A stretch of 64,000 bases of DNA from an uncultured Alphaproteobacteria bacterium (GCA_910577095.1 CAJTLY010000006.1:1344-65343), one strand, 5' to 3'; shown: positions 46,029 through 55,714, counted from the first letter of the stretch. The notes: a model not told the origin generated them from the sequence alone. A program made the numbers and translations.

Positions 46029-46057
46029 AATGTAACAATTTTAGACAAAACTGTCAA
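46029..46057 (-). promoter_or_regulatory. sigma70-like promoter TTGACA-N17-TACATT with embedded TTTTGTCTAAAA box
   Basis: The minus strand reads TTGACAGTTTTGTCTAAAATTGTTACATT. Confidence 0.5.
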
Positions 46058-46076
46058 CAGAAAATATTGCAAATTT

Positions 46077-46103
46077 TAAAGCGCCGTCAGCCGACGGCGC
46101 TTT
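46077..46103 (-). terminator. hairpin terminator after ORF 46132-46446
   Basis: AAGCGCCGTC-AGCC-GACGGCGCTT. Flanks are A/T-rich. Confidence 0.55.
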
Positions 46104-46131
46104 AAATGTCTTAAATGACGGAAACAGTCGC

Positions 46132-46446
46132 CTATTTAAACCACATGTACTTTTCCGTATTTCCGACCAGCAGCTCGGGATATTCATCCATCAGCTGCAC
46201 ATACAGTGCGCGGTCGGCGGCTTCCATCTGACGCGCATCTTCTTCCGAGGGAGGGAAAGAGGCGTCAAACATTTCCTTAAGCACTTTTCGCTGATTGCGG
46301 GCATTCTCTTCGATTCCTTTTCGCATGGCGCTCCAGTCGTCAAGAGAACCTTCCGCATCATAAACAAATGATGTCCAAAACTCGGATAACAGATTTTCCG
46401 GTTTGAAGGTGCTGGCATAAAGTTGCTTAAAACAATTCAAATCCAT
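46132..46446 (-). CDS. hypothetical protein (104 aa), paralog of ORF 45395-45976
   Basis: See the alignment under ORF 45395-45976. It has its own promoter and terminator. Confidence 0.55.
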   Translation of the reverse strand: MDLNCFKQLYASTFKPENLLSEFWTSFVYDAEGSLDDWSAMRKGIEENARNQRKVLKEMFDASFPPSEEDARQMEAADRALYVQLMDEYPELLVGNTEKYMWFK

Positions 46447-46478
46447 AACAGTAGATTTAATAATTAATAACTGTTGTC

Positions 46479-46507
46479 AGCATATATTTTTTTGTCTTTT
46501 TGGTCAA
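46479..46507 (-). promoter_or_regulatory. sigma70-like promoter TTGACC-N17-TATGCT
   Basis: The minus strand reads TTGACCAAAAAGACAAAAAAATATATGCT. Confidence 0.4.
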
Positions 46508-46540
46508 GTTATTTTATCGACCGTTGCCAACCTCTTTTTA

Positions 46541-46634
46541 CAAACAAAATACCGGCCGTTTCCACGACCGGTATTTTACGGCACTTTCAACCGAACTGCC
46601 GCGGGAAAACTTCCGTTTAGGAAGTTCCCCGCAG
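46541..46634 (-). terminator. two tandem hairpins downstream of ppdK; the distal one is followed by a U-run
   Basis: Proximal imperfect hairpin at 46596-46634. Distal ATACCGG...CCGGTAT hairpin at 46549-46576, followed on the minus strand by TTTTGTTTG. Confidence 0.6.
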
Positions 46635-46647
46635 CGGTAACCGCCGG

Positions 46648-49344
46648 TTAGCAAGCTTTCTTGCAGCAGCAAGAGCCTTTGCCTTCTTCTTTTTTGTCGT
46701 TCTTGTGACGAACGGCAGCCTGAGCGGCAGCCAGACGCGCAACCGGTACACGGTACGGCGAGCAGGAAACATAGTTCATGCCGCAGGTCTGGAAGAAATC
46801 GATCGACATCGGATCGCCGCCGTGTTCGCCGCAGACGCCCAGCCAAATGCTCGGGTTGGCGCAACGGGCTTTTTCACAAGCCAGCTTAACCAAACAACCG
46901 ACGCCTTCAACATCAATCGAGGCAAACGGATCGGCAACATAAACGCCGCGGGCACGATATTCGTCCAAAATCGCGCCGGTATCGTCACGGCTCATACCCA
47001 AAGTGGTCTGAGTCAGGTCGTTGGTACCGAAACCGAAGAATTCGGCCGATTTTGCCAGCTCGTCAGCCTTGAGGGCAGCACGCGGCAATTCAATCATCGA
47101 ACCGACTTCGTATTTGATCTTCTTGCCTTTTTCGGCAAAGATCTTTTCGGCCGTGGTATCAATAATGTCCTTAACGATATCCAGTTCTTTCTTCGAACCG
47201 GTCAACGGAACTTCGATTTCCGGCAGAACGTTAACGCCTTCGGCTTCACATTCCATGGCTGCTTCCAAAATGGCGCGGGTCTGCATTTCGCAAATTTCCG
47301 GATAAGTAATCGGCAGACGGCAACCGCGGTGCCCCAGCATCGGATTGGCTTCGTGCAGAGCATTGGCACGCTGCTTAACTTTTTCCAGGCTCATACCGAT
47401 TTTGTCGGCCAGTTCCTGCATTTCGGCATCGGTGTGCGGCAGGAACTCGTGCAACGGCGGATCCAACAAACGGATAACAACCGGCAGACCGTCCATGATT
47501 TTGAACAGATCTTTAAAGTCCTGTTTCTGATACGGCAGCAGACGGGCCAAAGCGGCACGGCGGCCTTCTTCGTTTTCGGCCAAAATCATTGCGCGCATGT
47601 CCGGAATACGGTCAGCGTCAAAGAACATGTGTTCGGTACGGGCCAAACCGATACCCTGAGCACCGAAATCGCGAGCTGTCTGAGCATCTTTCGGCGTTTC
47701 GGCGTTGGCACGAACTTCCAAAGTGCGAATTTCGTCAACCCAACCCATCAGTTTGCCGAAGTTGCCGCTGTTGGTGTCGGCCTTAACCGTCGGAACCTGT
47801 CCTTCGATAATCTGACCTTTGGCACCGTCCAACGATACCCAGTCGCCTTCTTTGACAACAACGCCTTTGTCGGTGGTCATCGTCTTTTTGGCATAATCGA
47901 TATGGATTTCGTGAGAACCGGAAACGCAGGGGGTACCCATACCGCGGGCAACCACCGCCGCGTGCGAGGTCATACCGCCGCGAGCCGTAATAACACCCTG
48001 AGCCGCATGCATACCGCCGATGTCTTCCGGCGAAGTTTCGTTACGGATCAAAATAACTTTTTCACCTTTGGCAGCCCATGCTTCGGCGTCTTCGGCATTG
48101 AAAACGGCACGGCCGACCGCAGCACCCGGCGAAGCCGGCAGACCGGTGGCAATAACGTTTTTCTTAGCTTTCGGATCCAACATCGGGTGCAGCAGCTGAT
48201 CAAGCTGGTCGGCACCGACGCGCATAATCGCTTCTTCTTTGTTGATCAGGCCTTCTTCAACCATTTCAACCGCCATACGGACAGCAGCGGCAGCCGTACG
48301 TTTGCCGTTACGGCACTGCAGCATCCACAATTTGCCGTGTTCAATGGTAAATTCCATATCCTGCATGTCTTTGTAATGTTTTTCGAGATTGTTGCGAACA
48401 TCAACCAGTTCCTGATACAGATGCGGCCATTTTTCTTCCAGAGAATTGCCGTCGCCTTTGCTGGCCATCGGTTGCGGGGTGCGGATACCGGCCACAACGT
48501 CTTCACCCTGAGCGTTAACCAAATATTCGCCGTAGTAAACATTTTCACCGGTTGCCGGGTCACGCGAGAAGCAAACGCCGGTTGCACAGTCATCGCCGGC
48601 ATTGCCGAACACCATGGTCTGTACGTTAACGGCTGTACCCCAGTCGCCCGGAATGTTGTTCAGCTTACGGTAAGTAATGGCGCGGGCAGCCATCCAGGAA
48701 CCGAATACGGCGCCGATGCCGGCCCACAACTGATCCCACGGATCCTGCGGAACCACTTTACCGGTTTTGGCACCGATTTCTTTATATTCTTTAACCAGTT
48801 CTTTGAGATCTTCGGCCGTCAGATCGGTATCGGCTTTGTATCCCTTCGATTTTTTCATATTTTCCAAAGCTTCTTCATACAATTCGATGTCGGCGCCGAG
48901 AACAACGTCGGAGAACATCTGAAGAAAACGGCGGTAGGAGTCATAAGCAAATCTTTCCGAACCGCTGGCTTTGGCCAGAGCTTTAACCGTTTCGTCGTTC
49001 AAACCGAGGTTCAAAACGGTATCCATCATGCCCGGCATGGAAACGCGCGCACCGGAACGAACCGAGAACAACAGCGGATTTTCGGCATCGGCAAATTTTT
49101 TGCCCATGATTTTTTCAACACCGGCAACCGCAGCCTTAACCTGTTCTTTGAGGTCGGCCGGGTAGGTCTTGTTGTTGTCATAGTAGTAGGTGCAGACTTC
49201 AGTCGTTACTGTAAATCCGGGAGGAACCGGTAAACCAACCTTGTTCATTTCTGCCAGGTTGGCACCTTTACCGCCCAGGAGGTTTTTCATGGAAGCATCG
49301 CCTTCGGCTTGACCGTTTCCAAATGTGTATACCCATTTACTCAT
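46648..49344 (-). CDS. ppdK: pyruvate, phosphate dikinase with an unusual Cys-rich C-terminal tail
   Basis: 898 aa. Phosphohistidine motif GGMTSHAAVVARG and a PEP-utilising C-terminal TIM barrel. The last residues are ...AAAQAAVRHKNDKKEEGKGSCCCKKAC. Confidence 0.95.
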   Translation of the reverse strand: MSKWVYTFGNGQAEGDASMKNLLGGKGANLAEMNKVGLPVPPGFTVTTEVCTYYYDNNKTYPADLKEQVKAAVAGVEKIMGKKFADAENPLLFSVRSGARVSMPGMMDTVLNLGLNDETVKALAKASGSERFAYDSYRRFLQMFSDVVLGADIELYEEALENMKKSKGYKADTDLTAEDLKELVKEYKEIGAKTGKVVPQDPWDQLWAGIGAVFGSWMAARAITYRKLNNIPGDWGTAVNVQTMVFGNAGDDCATGVCFSRDPATGENVYYGEYLVNAQGEDVVAGIRTPQPMASKGDGNSLEEKWPHLYQELVDVRNNLEKHYKDMQDMEFTIEHGKLWMLQCRNGKRTAAAAVRMAVEMVEEGLINKEEAIMRVGADQLDQLLHPMLDPKAKKNVIATGLPASPGAAVGRAVFNAEDAEAWAAKGEKVILIRNETSPEDIGGMHAAQGVITARGGMTSHAAVVARGMGTPCVSGSHEIHIDYAKKTMTTDKGVVVKEGDWVSLDGAKGQIIEGQVPTVKADTNSGNFGKLMGWVDEIRTLEVRANAETPKDAQTARDFGAQGIGLARTEHMFFDADRIPDMRAMILAENEEGRRAALARLLPYQKQDFKDLFKIMDGLPVVIRLLDPPLHEFLPHTDAEMQELADKIGMSLEKVKQRANALHEANPMLGHRGCRLPITYPEICEMQTRAILEAAMECEAEGVNVLPEIEVPLTGSKKELDIVKDIIDTTAEKIFAEKGKKIKYEVGSMIELPRAALKADELAKSAEFFGFGTNDLTQTTLGMSRDDTGAILDEYRARGVYVADPFASIDVEGVGCLVKLACEKARCANPSIWLGVCGEHGGDPMSIDFFQTCGMNYVSCSPYRVPVARLAAAQAAVRHKNDKKEEGKGSCCCKKAC

Positions 49345-49587
49345 GGTTAATTTAGCTCCTATAGCTATAAGGTTAAAACAAAAATCACACTTTTATAGCA
49401 ATTTACGCAAAATATGATTTTAAAACAAATTCAGTTCAGAAAGTTATAACACTTCCGGCGATTCTTCAAGCAAAATCTTTTGAAGGCCCCCGTTTATCAA
49501 CAGCCGGCCGATTCGTCCCTCCACGCCGCGGCTTGACATCACAATCGCCGTATGTTAGCCTTTGGCAGATTTTGGAGATATCCTCAA

Positions 49588-50433
49588 ATGCTGAAGATCG
49601 TTTATCAGGGCGTTGCCGGCGCCTATTCGCATATTGCGGCGCAAAACATTTATCCCGGACAAACCTATCTGCCGTGCGAAACTTTTGAACAGGCGATGGA
49701 CATGGTACAGAAAAATCTCGCCGATCTGGCGGTGATTCCGGTCGAAAACTCCAATGCCGGACGAGTTGCCGACGTTCATTTTCTGCTGCCCGAAACCGGG
49801 TTGTTTATCAACGGCGAATATTTTCTGCGGGTCGAACACCAGCTGCTCGGCCTGCCCGGTTCCCGCTTGGAAGAAGTCGTTTCCGCTTCTTCGCATCCGC
49901 AGGCGCTTGCCCAATGTTCCGTTTTTCTCAAACAACACAAAATCAGTGCCGTCGCCCGCATCGACACCGCTAAGTCGTGTCAGGACATCCTCAACTTTCA
50001 GGATAAAAGCAAAGCGGCAATCGCTTCTAAACTGGCAGCCGAAATTTACGGGTTGGAAATATTAAAGTCCAACATCGAAAACGATTGCGGCAATACCACC
50101 CGCTTTTTGCTGATGAGCCGCGACGACCAAACGCCCCCGGATGACGGCAGTCGTTTCATCACTTCGTGCATTTTCCGCGTGAAGTCGATTCCGGCGGCGT
50201 TGTACAAAGCTTTGGGCGGATTTGCCACCAACGGCATCAACCTTACCAAACTTGAAAGTTATCAGGTCGACGGCAGATTCGTTTCCGCCCGCTTTTATAT
50301 GGAAATCGAGTCCCACCCGGACCGACCGTCTTTTCAAAACGCTTTTGACGAACTGCGCTTTTTTGCCGACGAACTGCATATTCTCGGCACTTATGCCGCC
50401 GGTCGTTTCAGGGAGAAACAACAACATGACTGA
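49588..50433 (+). CDS. pheA: prephenate dehydratase
   Basis: YQGV.GAYS N-terminus, the TRFLL motif, and a C-terminal ACT domain (LTKLES). Start set at ATG 49588. Confidence 0.85.
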   Translation: MLKIVYQGVAGAYSHIAAQNIYPGQTYLPCETFEQAMDMVQKNLADLAVIPVENSNAGRVADVHFLLPETGLFINGEYFLRVEHQLLGLPGSRLEEVVSASSHPQALAQCSVFLKQHKISAVARIDTAKSCQDILNFQDKSKAAIASKLAAEIYGLEILKSNIENDCGNTTRFLLMSRDDQTPPDDGSRFITSCIFRVKSIPAALYKALGGFATNGINLTKLESYQVDGRFVSARFYMEIESHPDRPSFQNAFDELRFFADELHILGTYAAGRFREKQQHD

Positions 50434-51031
50434 ACAATTTATCATTTTTGACACCGAATACGCCTCCTGGAAGGGTTTTCTCACCGCTCCCGAAGCGGAA
50501 AAGAAAAAGGCGGAAATCGTCCAAATTGCCGCGGTTAAAGTAAATTTGCCCGACTTGAGCGTGGCGGAGAAATTTAATCTTTACGTCAAACCGCACTTCA
50601 CCCCGCGCTTAACCGAATATTTTATCAATCTCACCGGTATCACCGATGCGCTGCTGGAGCAGGAAGGCCTTCCTTTTCCCGAAGCCTACCGGCATTTTAA
50701 ACAATTTGCCGGCAGCCTGCCCTGCTATTCGCACGGCTGGTCGTCGGCCTCCGGCTCAACTGCCGACGGCATCGTTATCGGCTACAATCTCGAAATGTTC
50801 GGCATCGCCGACGATTCTCCGCTCGACTATCGCAATATCGCCGACTGGTTTAAGCAGACTTATGCACAAAAAAACATTCCGATCGAATGCCAAGCATCGG
50901 GACAAATCGCCAAGCTGCTTGGCCTGGAAGCACAACTTAAAGAGTTGGGATTAGACGAACACAACGCTTTTTATGATGTTCATTCCATCTTGGCCGGACT
51001 GCGTTTTCTCGGTTTTAAACAACTTTTTTAA
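50426..51031 (+). CDS. DEDDh-type 3'-5' exonuclease (DnaQ/KapD-like)
   Basis: IIFDTEY (Exo I) and HNAFYDV (Exo III, H-x4-D). The start overlaps the pheA stop (ATGACTGA). Confidence 0.7.
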   Translation: MTEQFIIFDTEYASWKGFLTAPEAEKKKAEIVQIAAVKVNLPDLSVAEKFNLYVKPHFTPRLTEYFINLTGITDALLEQEGLPFPEAYRHFKQFAGSLPCYSHGWSSASGSTADGIVIGYNLEMFGIADDSPLDYRNIADWFKQTYAQKNIPIECQASGQIAKLLGLEAQLKELGLDEHNAFYDVHSILAGLRFLGFKQLF

Positions 51032-51122
51032 TTTTAGGTCCCGTTCAAGCGCCGAATTTTCCAAAATGAACCGGCTGTCTTTTACGACAACCGGTCCATA
51101 TTCATTCCACAGAACGCAATTT

Positions 51123-51734
51123 TTACAAAGAGTCTATCAGATCAATCGATTGATCAATCAACTTCCGACGTGTCGGTTCATCCAGATGAGCCGTCAGCGC
51201 TTTTTCCAACAACCCGACGCTCCGGCGGCTGACAATTTCCGCCAGCTCGTTTTCGGCTCTGACCCGTTCGCCCTCAATTCGCTGTTTGGCCGTTTTTTCC
51301 TGCGCATCCAGCCTTTGTTCCAACTCGGCGGTCAAATTCTTTTTCAACGCGCTGATTTCCCGCTTTGACTTTTTCACCACCGCAGCGGTTTCGTCATCGA
51401 TTCCTTCAAGTTTTTCCTCATAAGCCGCCAGCAGCTTGCGCGCCTCGGTTTTAAGATTCTCGGCATCGGTGATACGTCCGGTCTCTTTGGCAACATGTTG
51501 CCCCAAAAAGCCGAACAAAGCTTTTTTCAGCGGGACAAACAACCCGACAACCACCATCACAAAAGCCATTCCGACCCAAAATTCGGGCGACAGGTAAAAG
51601 ACTTCGTGTTCGCCGCTCAGTTCCTGAGTGGTGCTTTTTAAAATCGTTTCCACGTTATCCGCTGCGTCGATAACCGCTTCCTGAGTTGCATCCAGCAGCT
51701 CTTTTCCGGCCGTGTTGACTGACTGTTCATCCAT
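51123..51734 (-). CDS. atpF: F0F1 ATP synthase subunit b
   Basis: Single N-proximal TM helix and a long charged helix. Last gene of the F0 operon. Confidence 0.8.
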   Translation of the reverse strand: MDEQSVNTAGKELLDATQEAVIDAADNVETILKSTTQELSGEHEVFYLSPEFWVGMAFVMVVVGLFVPLKKALFGFLGQHVAKETGRITDAENLKTEARKLLAAYEEKLEGIDDETAAVVKKSKREISALKKNLTAELEQRLDAQEKTAKQRIEGERVRAENELAEIVSRRSVGLLEKALTAHLDEPTRRKLIDQSIDLIDSL

Positions 51735-52215
51735 CGTTTCGTTCCTGTTCGGCTATTCGGGCAATATCGGCAACCGAAATATTTTCCAGTCCCAGCTTGG
51801 CGGCAATTCCGGCAGCCAGCGAAACCGAGATTTTTTCAATCTGTTCCATCGTCTGATGCCTGTTTTCGGCAATCTGCCGTTCGTTTTCCCGCAGCATTTC
51901 CTGCAAACGCAGCGACGTTTCGGCATCGCGTTCGGCAATTGTTCGATGCAGTTCTTCGCCGGCCTTGCGCATTTCTTCCGCTGCTTCGTCATTGGCTTTT
52001 TTCAACGCCTGACGATATTTTTCCAACGCTGTTTCCGCCGCCTGTTTAAACTCACCGGCCGCATTCAGGTAATCATCAATTTTACGTTGGCGTTGATTTA
52101 AAATATCGGTAATTTTCGGCACGATCATTTTGGCCATAATCAGCCACATCAGCCCAAAGCTGACCACCAGCCAAAAGCTCTGCGAACTGAAAGTTGAAAA
52201 ATCAAGCTGTGGCAT
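51727..52215 (-). CDS. F0F1 ATP synthase subunit b'
   Basis: MPQLDFSTF...FWL N-terminus, typical of the b/b' family. It overlaps atpF by 8 nt. Confidence 0.8.
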   Translation of the reverse strand: MPQLDFSTFSSQSFWLVVSFGLMWLIMAKMIVPKITDILNQRQRKIDDYLNAAGEFKQAAETALEKYRQALKKANDEAAEEMRKAGEELHRTIAERDAETSLRLQEMLRENERQIAENRHQTMEQIEKISVSLAAGIAAKLGLENISVADIARIAEQERNDG

Positions 52216-52303
52216 CGACGCCGTTCTCCTTTAAATAAATTGCCGCATCCGGTAACGGGAAAAGCTGCCGGCTTTCCCCGCTCCGCAAACCTGCAGCCCT
52301 ATT

Positions 52304-52528
52304 CTATTCTCCGCCGGTCAGCATGACCAGAGCAATAACCAGTGCATACAGCGCAATCGCTTCAATAGCGGCAAAACCGGCCCAACCGTAGATGTCTACG
52401 TCTTTCTTAACTTGCGGGTTACGTCCGACCGTGGTAATGATGGTAGTCCACAGTTTGGTAACGCCCCAGGCTGCTACCGTCATCGACAAAGCGCAAATCG
52501 CCGCACTAATATAAGCTATAGGTTCCAT
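52304..52528 (-). CDS. atpE: F0F1 ATP synthase subunit c
   Basis: 74-aa two-TM hairpin with a GRNPQ loop and a TM2 carboxylate (AIEAIALYAL). Confidence 0.9.
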   Translation of the reverse strand: MEPIAYISAAICALSMTVAAWGVTKLWTTIITTVGRNPQVKKDVDIYGWAGFAAIEAIALYALVIALVMLTGGE

Positions 52529-52583
52529 TTAATTTTCCTTTCCGAATTTAATTTTAACATTTTAACCATAATAATCATTTTCG

Positions 52584-53306
52584 TCAGTGGCTGCGGATGG
52601 CATCCCCGAGATAAATACAACTCAGCACCGTATAAATAAACGCCTGCAAAAGAGCAATAAACAACTCAAAAACAATAATGCAGGCATCAAAAAACAACGG
52701 CACAATTCCTAATACGCCCAAACTGACCACAAAACCGGCAATAATCTTGAGCATAATATGCCCGACCGTCATATTGGCTACCAGACGGACTGTCAGACTG
52801 AAGGGCTTGGAAAGCATCGAAATCGTTTCAATCGGCACAATCAGCGGTGCCAGCGCCAGCGGAATTCCCTTGGGCATAAAAGTTCTGAGATAACCCCATT
52901 TGCGTTTTTTGATGCCGACCGCGATATTAAACAGCAGCGCCACGATTGACAAAGTTCCGACCGCGGTGGCATGCGAAGTAAAGGTAAAAGCATACGGAAA
53001 CAATCCCAGCACATTGCCGAAAGCAATAAACAAAAACAAAGAAAAAATAAAACTGAAATATCTCAGACCTTCCGGTCCCAGGTTTTCTTTCATCAGATTG
53101 GCAATAAAACCGTATATACACTCGGGAAGCGATTGAGCCAGCCCCGGCACAATCGTGCGCCGACGCAGACAAAGGCCGAACAAAAGAGCCGCCGCCAACA
53201 CGGCCAGCACCATAAACAACGAGGAGTTGGTAAAAGATATGTCGACATCACCGACCTTAAGCGGAATAATCGGCTTAATTACAAATTGTTCCATCGGATT
53301 TGACAC
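52584..53306 (-). CDS. atpB: F0F1 ATP synthase subunit a
   Basis: 240 aa. Conserved Arg motif SLTVRLVANMTVGH. Confidence 0.9.
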   Translation of the reverse strand: MSNPMEQFVIKPIIPLKVGDVDISFTNSSLFMVLAVLAAALLFGLCLRRRTIVPGLAQSLPECIYGFIANLMKENLGPEGLRYFSFIFSLFLFIAFGNVLGLFPYAFTFTSHATAVGTLSIVALLFNIAVGIKKRKWGYLRTFMPKGIPLALAPLIVPIETISMLSKPFSLTVRLVANMTVGHIMLKIIAGFVVSLGVLGIVPLFFDACIIVFELFIALLQAFIYTVLSCIYLGDAIRSH

Positions 53307-53311
53307 GTCAG

Positions 53312-53623
53312 CTACTCCTCATCCTCTTTTCGTTTTTCTTCCGCTTGGGCGAGACGATAAACGTTCAAAAACCCCGCGGCGCCCCCCAACAGCAAAAACA
53401 ACGCCAAAAACAGCGGCCGTGTTCCGGCCAGCCGGTCAAGCACAAAACCGACCGCACCGCCGACCAGCACCGCCGACAACAACTCGACCGCAATTCTCAT
53501 CCCGATCGCCGCCGCACTGGAATATTCCGATGTTTTGGCCGATGCGGCATGATCCGCCTCCCGTTTCTTCAGACGTGAAATCTTACGTTCCAGCTCCCTG
53601 ATGTCATCGGGAATTTTTTTCAT
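53312..53623 (-). CDS. atpI: AtpZ/AtpI-family F0 assembly protein
   Basis: 103 aa with two TM helices, directly upstream of atpB. Confidence 0.7.
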   Translation of the reverse strand: MKKIPDDIRELERKISRLKKREADHAASAKTSEYSSAAAIGMRIAVELLSAVLVGGAVGFVLDRLAGTRPLFLALFLLLGGAAGFLNVYRLAQAEEKRKEDEE

Positions 53624-53649
53624 CGGACAGCATATTCCTTAAATATTAC

Positions 53650-54375
53650 TTACTTGTTAAAATCAAGATATTTATTTAACACTCCCTGCAACGTCTCATA
53701 ATCCGGCATCCCGGGCAGAATTTCCTCTCCTTCGGGACCGCGAACCAAAAACGACGGCGTTCCCTGAATACGCAGTTTTTCGAGTGCATCCTGACGCACC
53801 GCCATAATTTCTTTGGCCGTATCATCGTCAGCCATGCAGAGATTGGCCTGTTCCTTGCTCAAACCTTCCAGTTCCGCATAACTGGCCAGCAGTTTCTCGG
53901 CTTTGAACGACAACCCCCAGGTTAACTGCTTTTTAAACAGCACGCTCAGAAAATCGAAATATTTGTCAGTCGGCATACAACGAGCCAGCATCGCCGCTTT
54001 CATCGACCGGCCGTCAATCGGAAAATCGGCAAACACCAGCTTGACCTTGCCGGTGTCGATATAATCTTTCTTAAGCTGAGGCAGCACATTCAGATGAAAA
54101 TCCGCACAATGGGAACATCCGAGCGAAGAAAACTCATAAATTGTCACCGGTGCGGCAGGATTGCCGAGAACCCGCACTTCATCCATTTCAAAACGGCTCG
54201 GAACCACGCTGCCGTCCACAACCGGAACCGCAGCTTGAGCAGACCGGACCAAAACCAGGTTTCCGTCCACCCAGTCAAAACCTTTCTGAAACAGATAATA
54301 GCCGTCGGCCATAACAAACATAAACGTAATCGCCAACATTTGGCTGATTTTTTTTATTATATTTTCAAAAGTCAT
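53650..54375 (-). CDS. DsbA-family thioredoxin-fold protein, membrane anchored
   Basis: N-terminal TM helix. CSHC active site in EFSSLGCSHCADFH. Confidence 0.8.
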   Translation of the reverse strand: MTFENIIKKISQMLAITFMFVMADGYYLFQKGFDWVDGNLVLVRSAQAAVPVVDGSVVPSRFEMDEVRVLGNPAAPVTIYEFSSLGCSHCADFHLNVLPQLKKDYIDTGKVKLVFADFPIDGRSMKAAMLARCMPTDKYFDFLSVLFKKQLTWGLSFKAEKLLASYAELEGLSKEQANLCMADDDTAKEIMAVRQDALEKLRIQGTPSFLVRGPEGEEILPGMPDYETLQGVLNKYLDFNK

Positions 54376-54387
54376 TGATGCTCCTGT

Positions 54388-54912
54388 TTATTTGCGATTC
54401 TCAACTATAATGTTTTTACCCAGACGGACCAGACTTTCCTTTAACCTGTCGTCTTCCACGCCGCCGGTCAGTTCTTCAATATAATTTTGTTCTTCTTCGC
54501 TTACAAGTATTTTCTTAAGCGGCGGTTGATTAAATTGTTTTGCCTTCCGAAGCAACGGCACCGAACCCTGTCTGATTTTCATTCCGGTCACCGCAGCGTA
54601 CCCGAAATACGCATTCACTTTGTCCAGAATAAATTTTTCACGATGCTGAATCTCCAACGCAAACGCACCGTTCGGCACCGCAACATGCAAAATGCCGCCG
54701 TTTCGTTCCCCCGGTTTGAAGCTGATTTTCTCCGGCACCGTACAGGCGGCCAGTTCTTCTCCGGCAATCTGATCCCAAAAAGCCAGAATATCTGCCGAGG
54801 CCAGCCCCTGTTTGCCAAGTATGCGCCGCAGCAGCGGAAGGGTTTCCGATGCCAGCGTATTCAGCCCCGAAGCGCTGCGTTTGTTTTCGTGCGGAGAAGT
54901 TTCTTTTTTCAT
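54388..54912 (-). CDS. DUF721-family protein (Zn-ribbon/RNA-binding-like)
   Basis: The segment ...W..I.G..LA..T.P..I.......G.L.V.V....A.EL... is typical of DUF721. Start set at ATG 54912. Confidence 0.6.
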   Translation of the reverse strand: MKKETSPHENKRSASGLNTLASETLPLLRRILGKQGLASADILAFWDQIAGEELAACTVPEKISFKPGERNGGILHVAVPNGAFALEIQHREKFILDKVNAYFGYAAVTGMKIRQGSVPLLRKAKQFNQPPLKKILVSEEEQNYIEELTGGVEDDRLKESLVRLGKNIIVENRK

Positions 54913-55076
54913 AATTGTCTTTTTACCACAAACAAGCCGCAAAAGCAAGCTGTCTCGGCATTTTTTCCCCGCGGTGCCAAAATAAAGCCGTCCCGCATAA
55001 AAAACTTGATTCTATTAAAAAATTAATGTACTCTCTCAACCAGAATTTTTATTTTTTAACGAGAGGAATCTTAAGA

Positions 55077-55697
55077 ATGTTGAAAAAAATGCTGGCCGGT
55101 GCTTCGGCAATAGTTTTGGGGATGGTTGTAGCATCTGACGCTATGGCTGAATGCGACGGTATTTATCTGGGTATCCGCGGCGGTGTTGCCGAACCGGATA
55201 TCGGCGCCAAACATACGACCGGTGACCGTCTCGATATTGATGACAACCTGTTCATGCTGAGCGGCGCAATCGGCTACCGTTACACTTATTTCCGTGCCGA
55301 ATTCGAATATATCTGGCGTGACAAGAGCGAAGACTCCGAAACGCTGCGGATTCCGATGGAAGGCCGTCCGGACATTGTTTCGACCAGTACGGCGACTTTC
55401 GATTACGACTCGTACATGTTCAACGTCTATTACGACTTTTCTCCCTATACCTGGTTCACTCCCTACGTTCAGGCCGGTATCGGTGTAACCAACATGGAAT
55501 ACAAGTTTACCTATGATACCGGTAAAGACAGTTACAAAGAACATAACTTCACCTGGGTACTCGGCGGCGGTATTTCGGCCAAGATGACCAACCGTCTGAA
55601 CCTTGACGTCGGTTACCGTTATTATGACATGGGTAAAATCGGCAAAGGCAAAGTTCACAATCAGGAAATTTACGGCGGCGCCCGTTACGTTTTCTAG
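55077..55697 (+). CDS. outer-membrane beta-barrel protein (Omp25/Omp31 / OmpA-like TM family)
   Basis: Signal peptide ...ASDAMA|E, alternating beta-strand pattern, and a terminal GGARYVF. Start set at ATG 55077. Confidence 0.8.
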   Translation: MLKKMLAGASAIVLGMVVASDAMAECDGIYLGIRGGVAEPDIGAKHTTGDRLDIDDNLFMLSGAIGYRYTYFRAEFEYIWRDKSEDSETLRIPMEGRPDIVSTSTATFDYDSYMFNVYYDFSPYTWFTPYVQAGIGVTNMEYKFTYDTGKDSYKEHNFTWVLGGGISAKMTNRLNLDVGYRYYDMGKIGKGKVHNQEIYGGARYVF

Positions 55698-55714
55698 GTT
55701 GATCCGCTTTCAAC

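Noticed and set aside
46705-49233. An 842-aa open reading frame antisense to ppdK. Similar very long antisense ORFs occur at 35988-37814 (opposite uvrC), 39540-41477 (opposite ftsH), 20290-21528, 57941-59224, 25115-25879 and 983-1948.
   Set aside because: Their translations are low-complexity and rich in R, G, F and Q, with no recognisable motifs. The opposite strand in each case encodes a protein with unambiguous family signatures. Long antisense frames arise when the sense gene avoids TTA, CTA and TCA codons (codon bias), so these are shadow ORFs.
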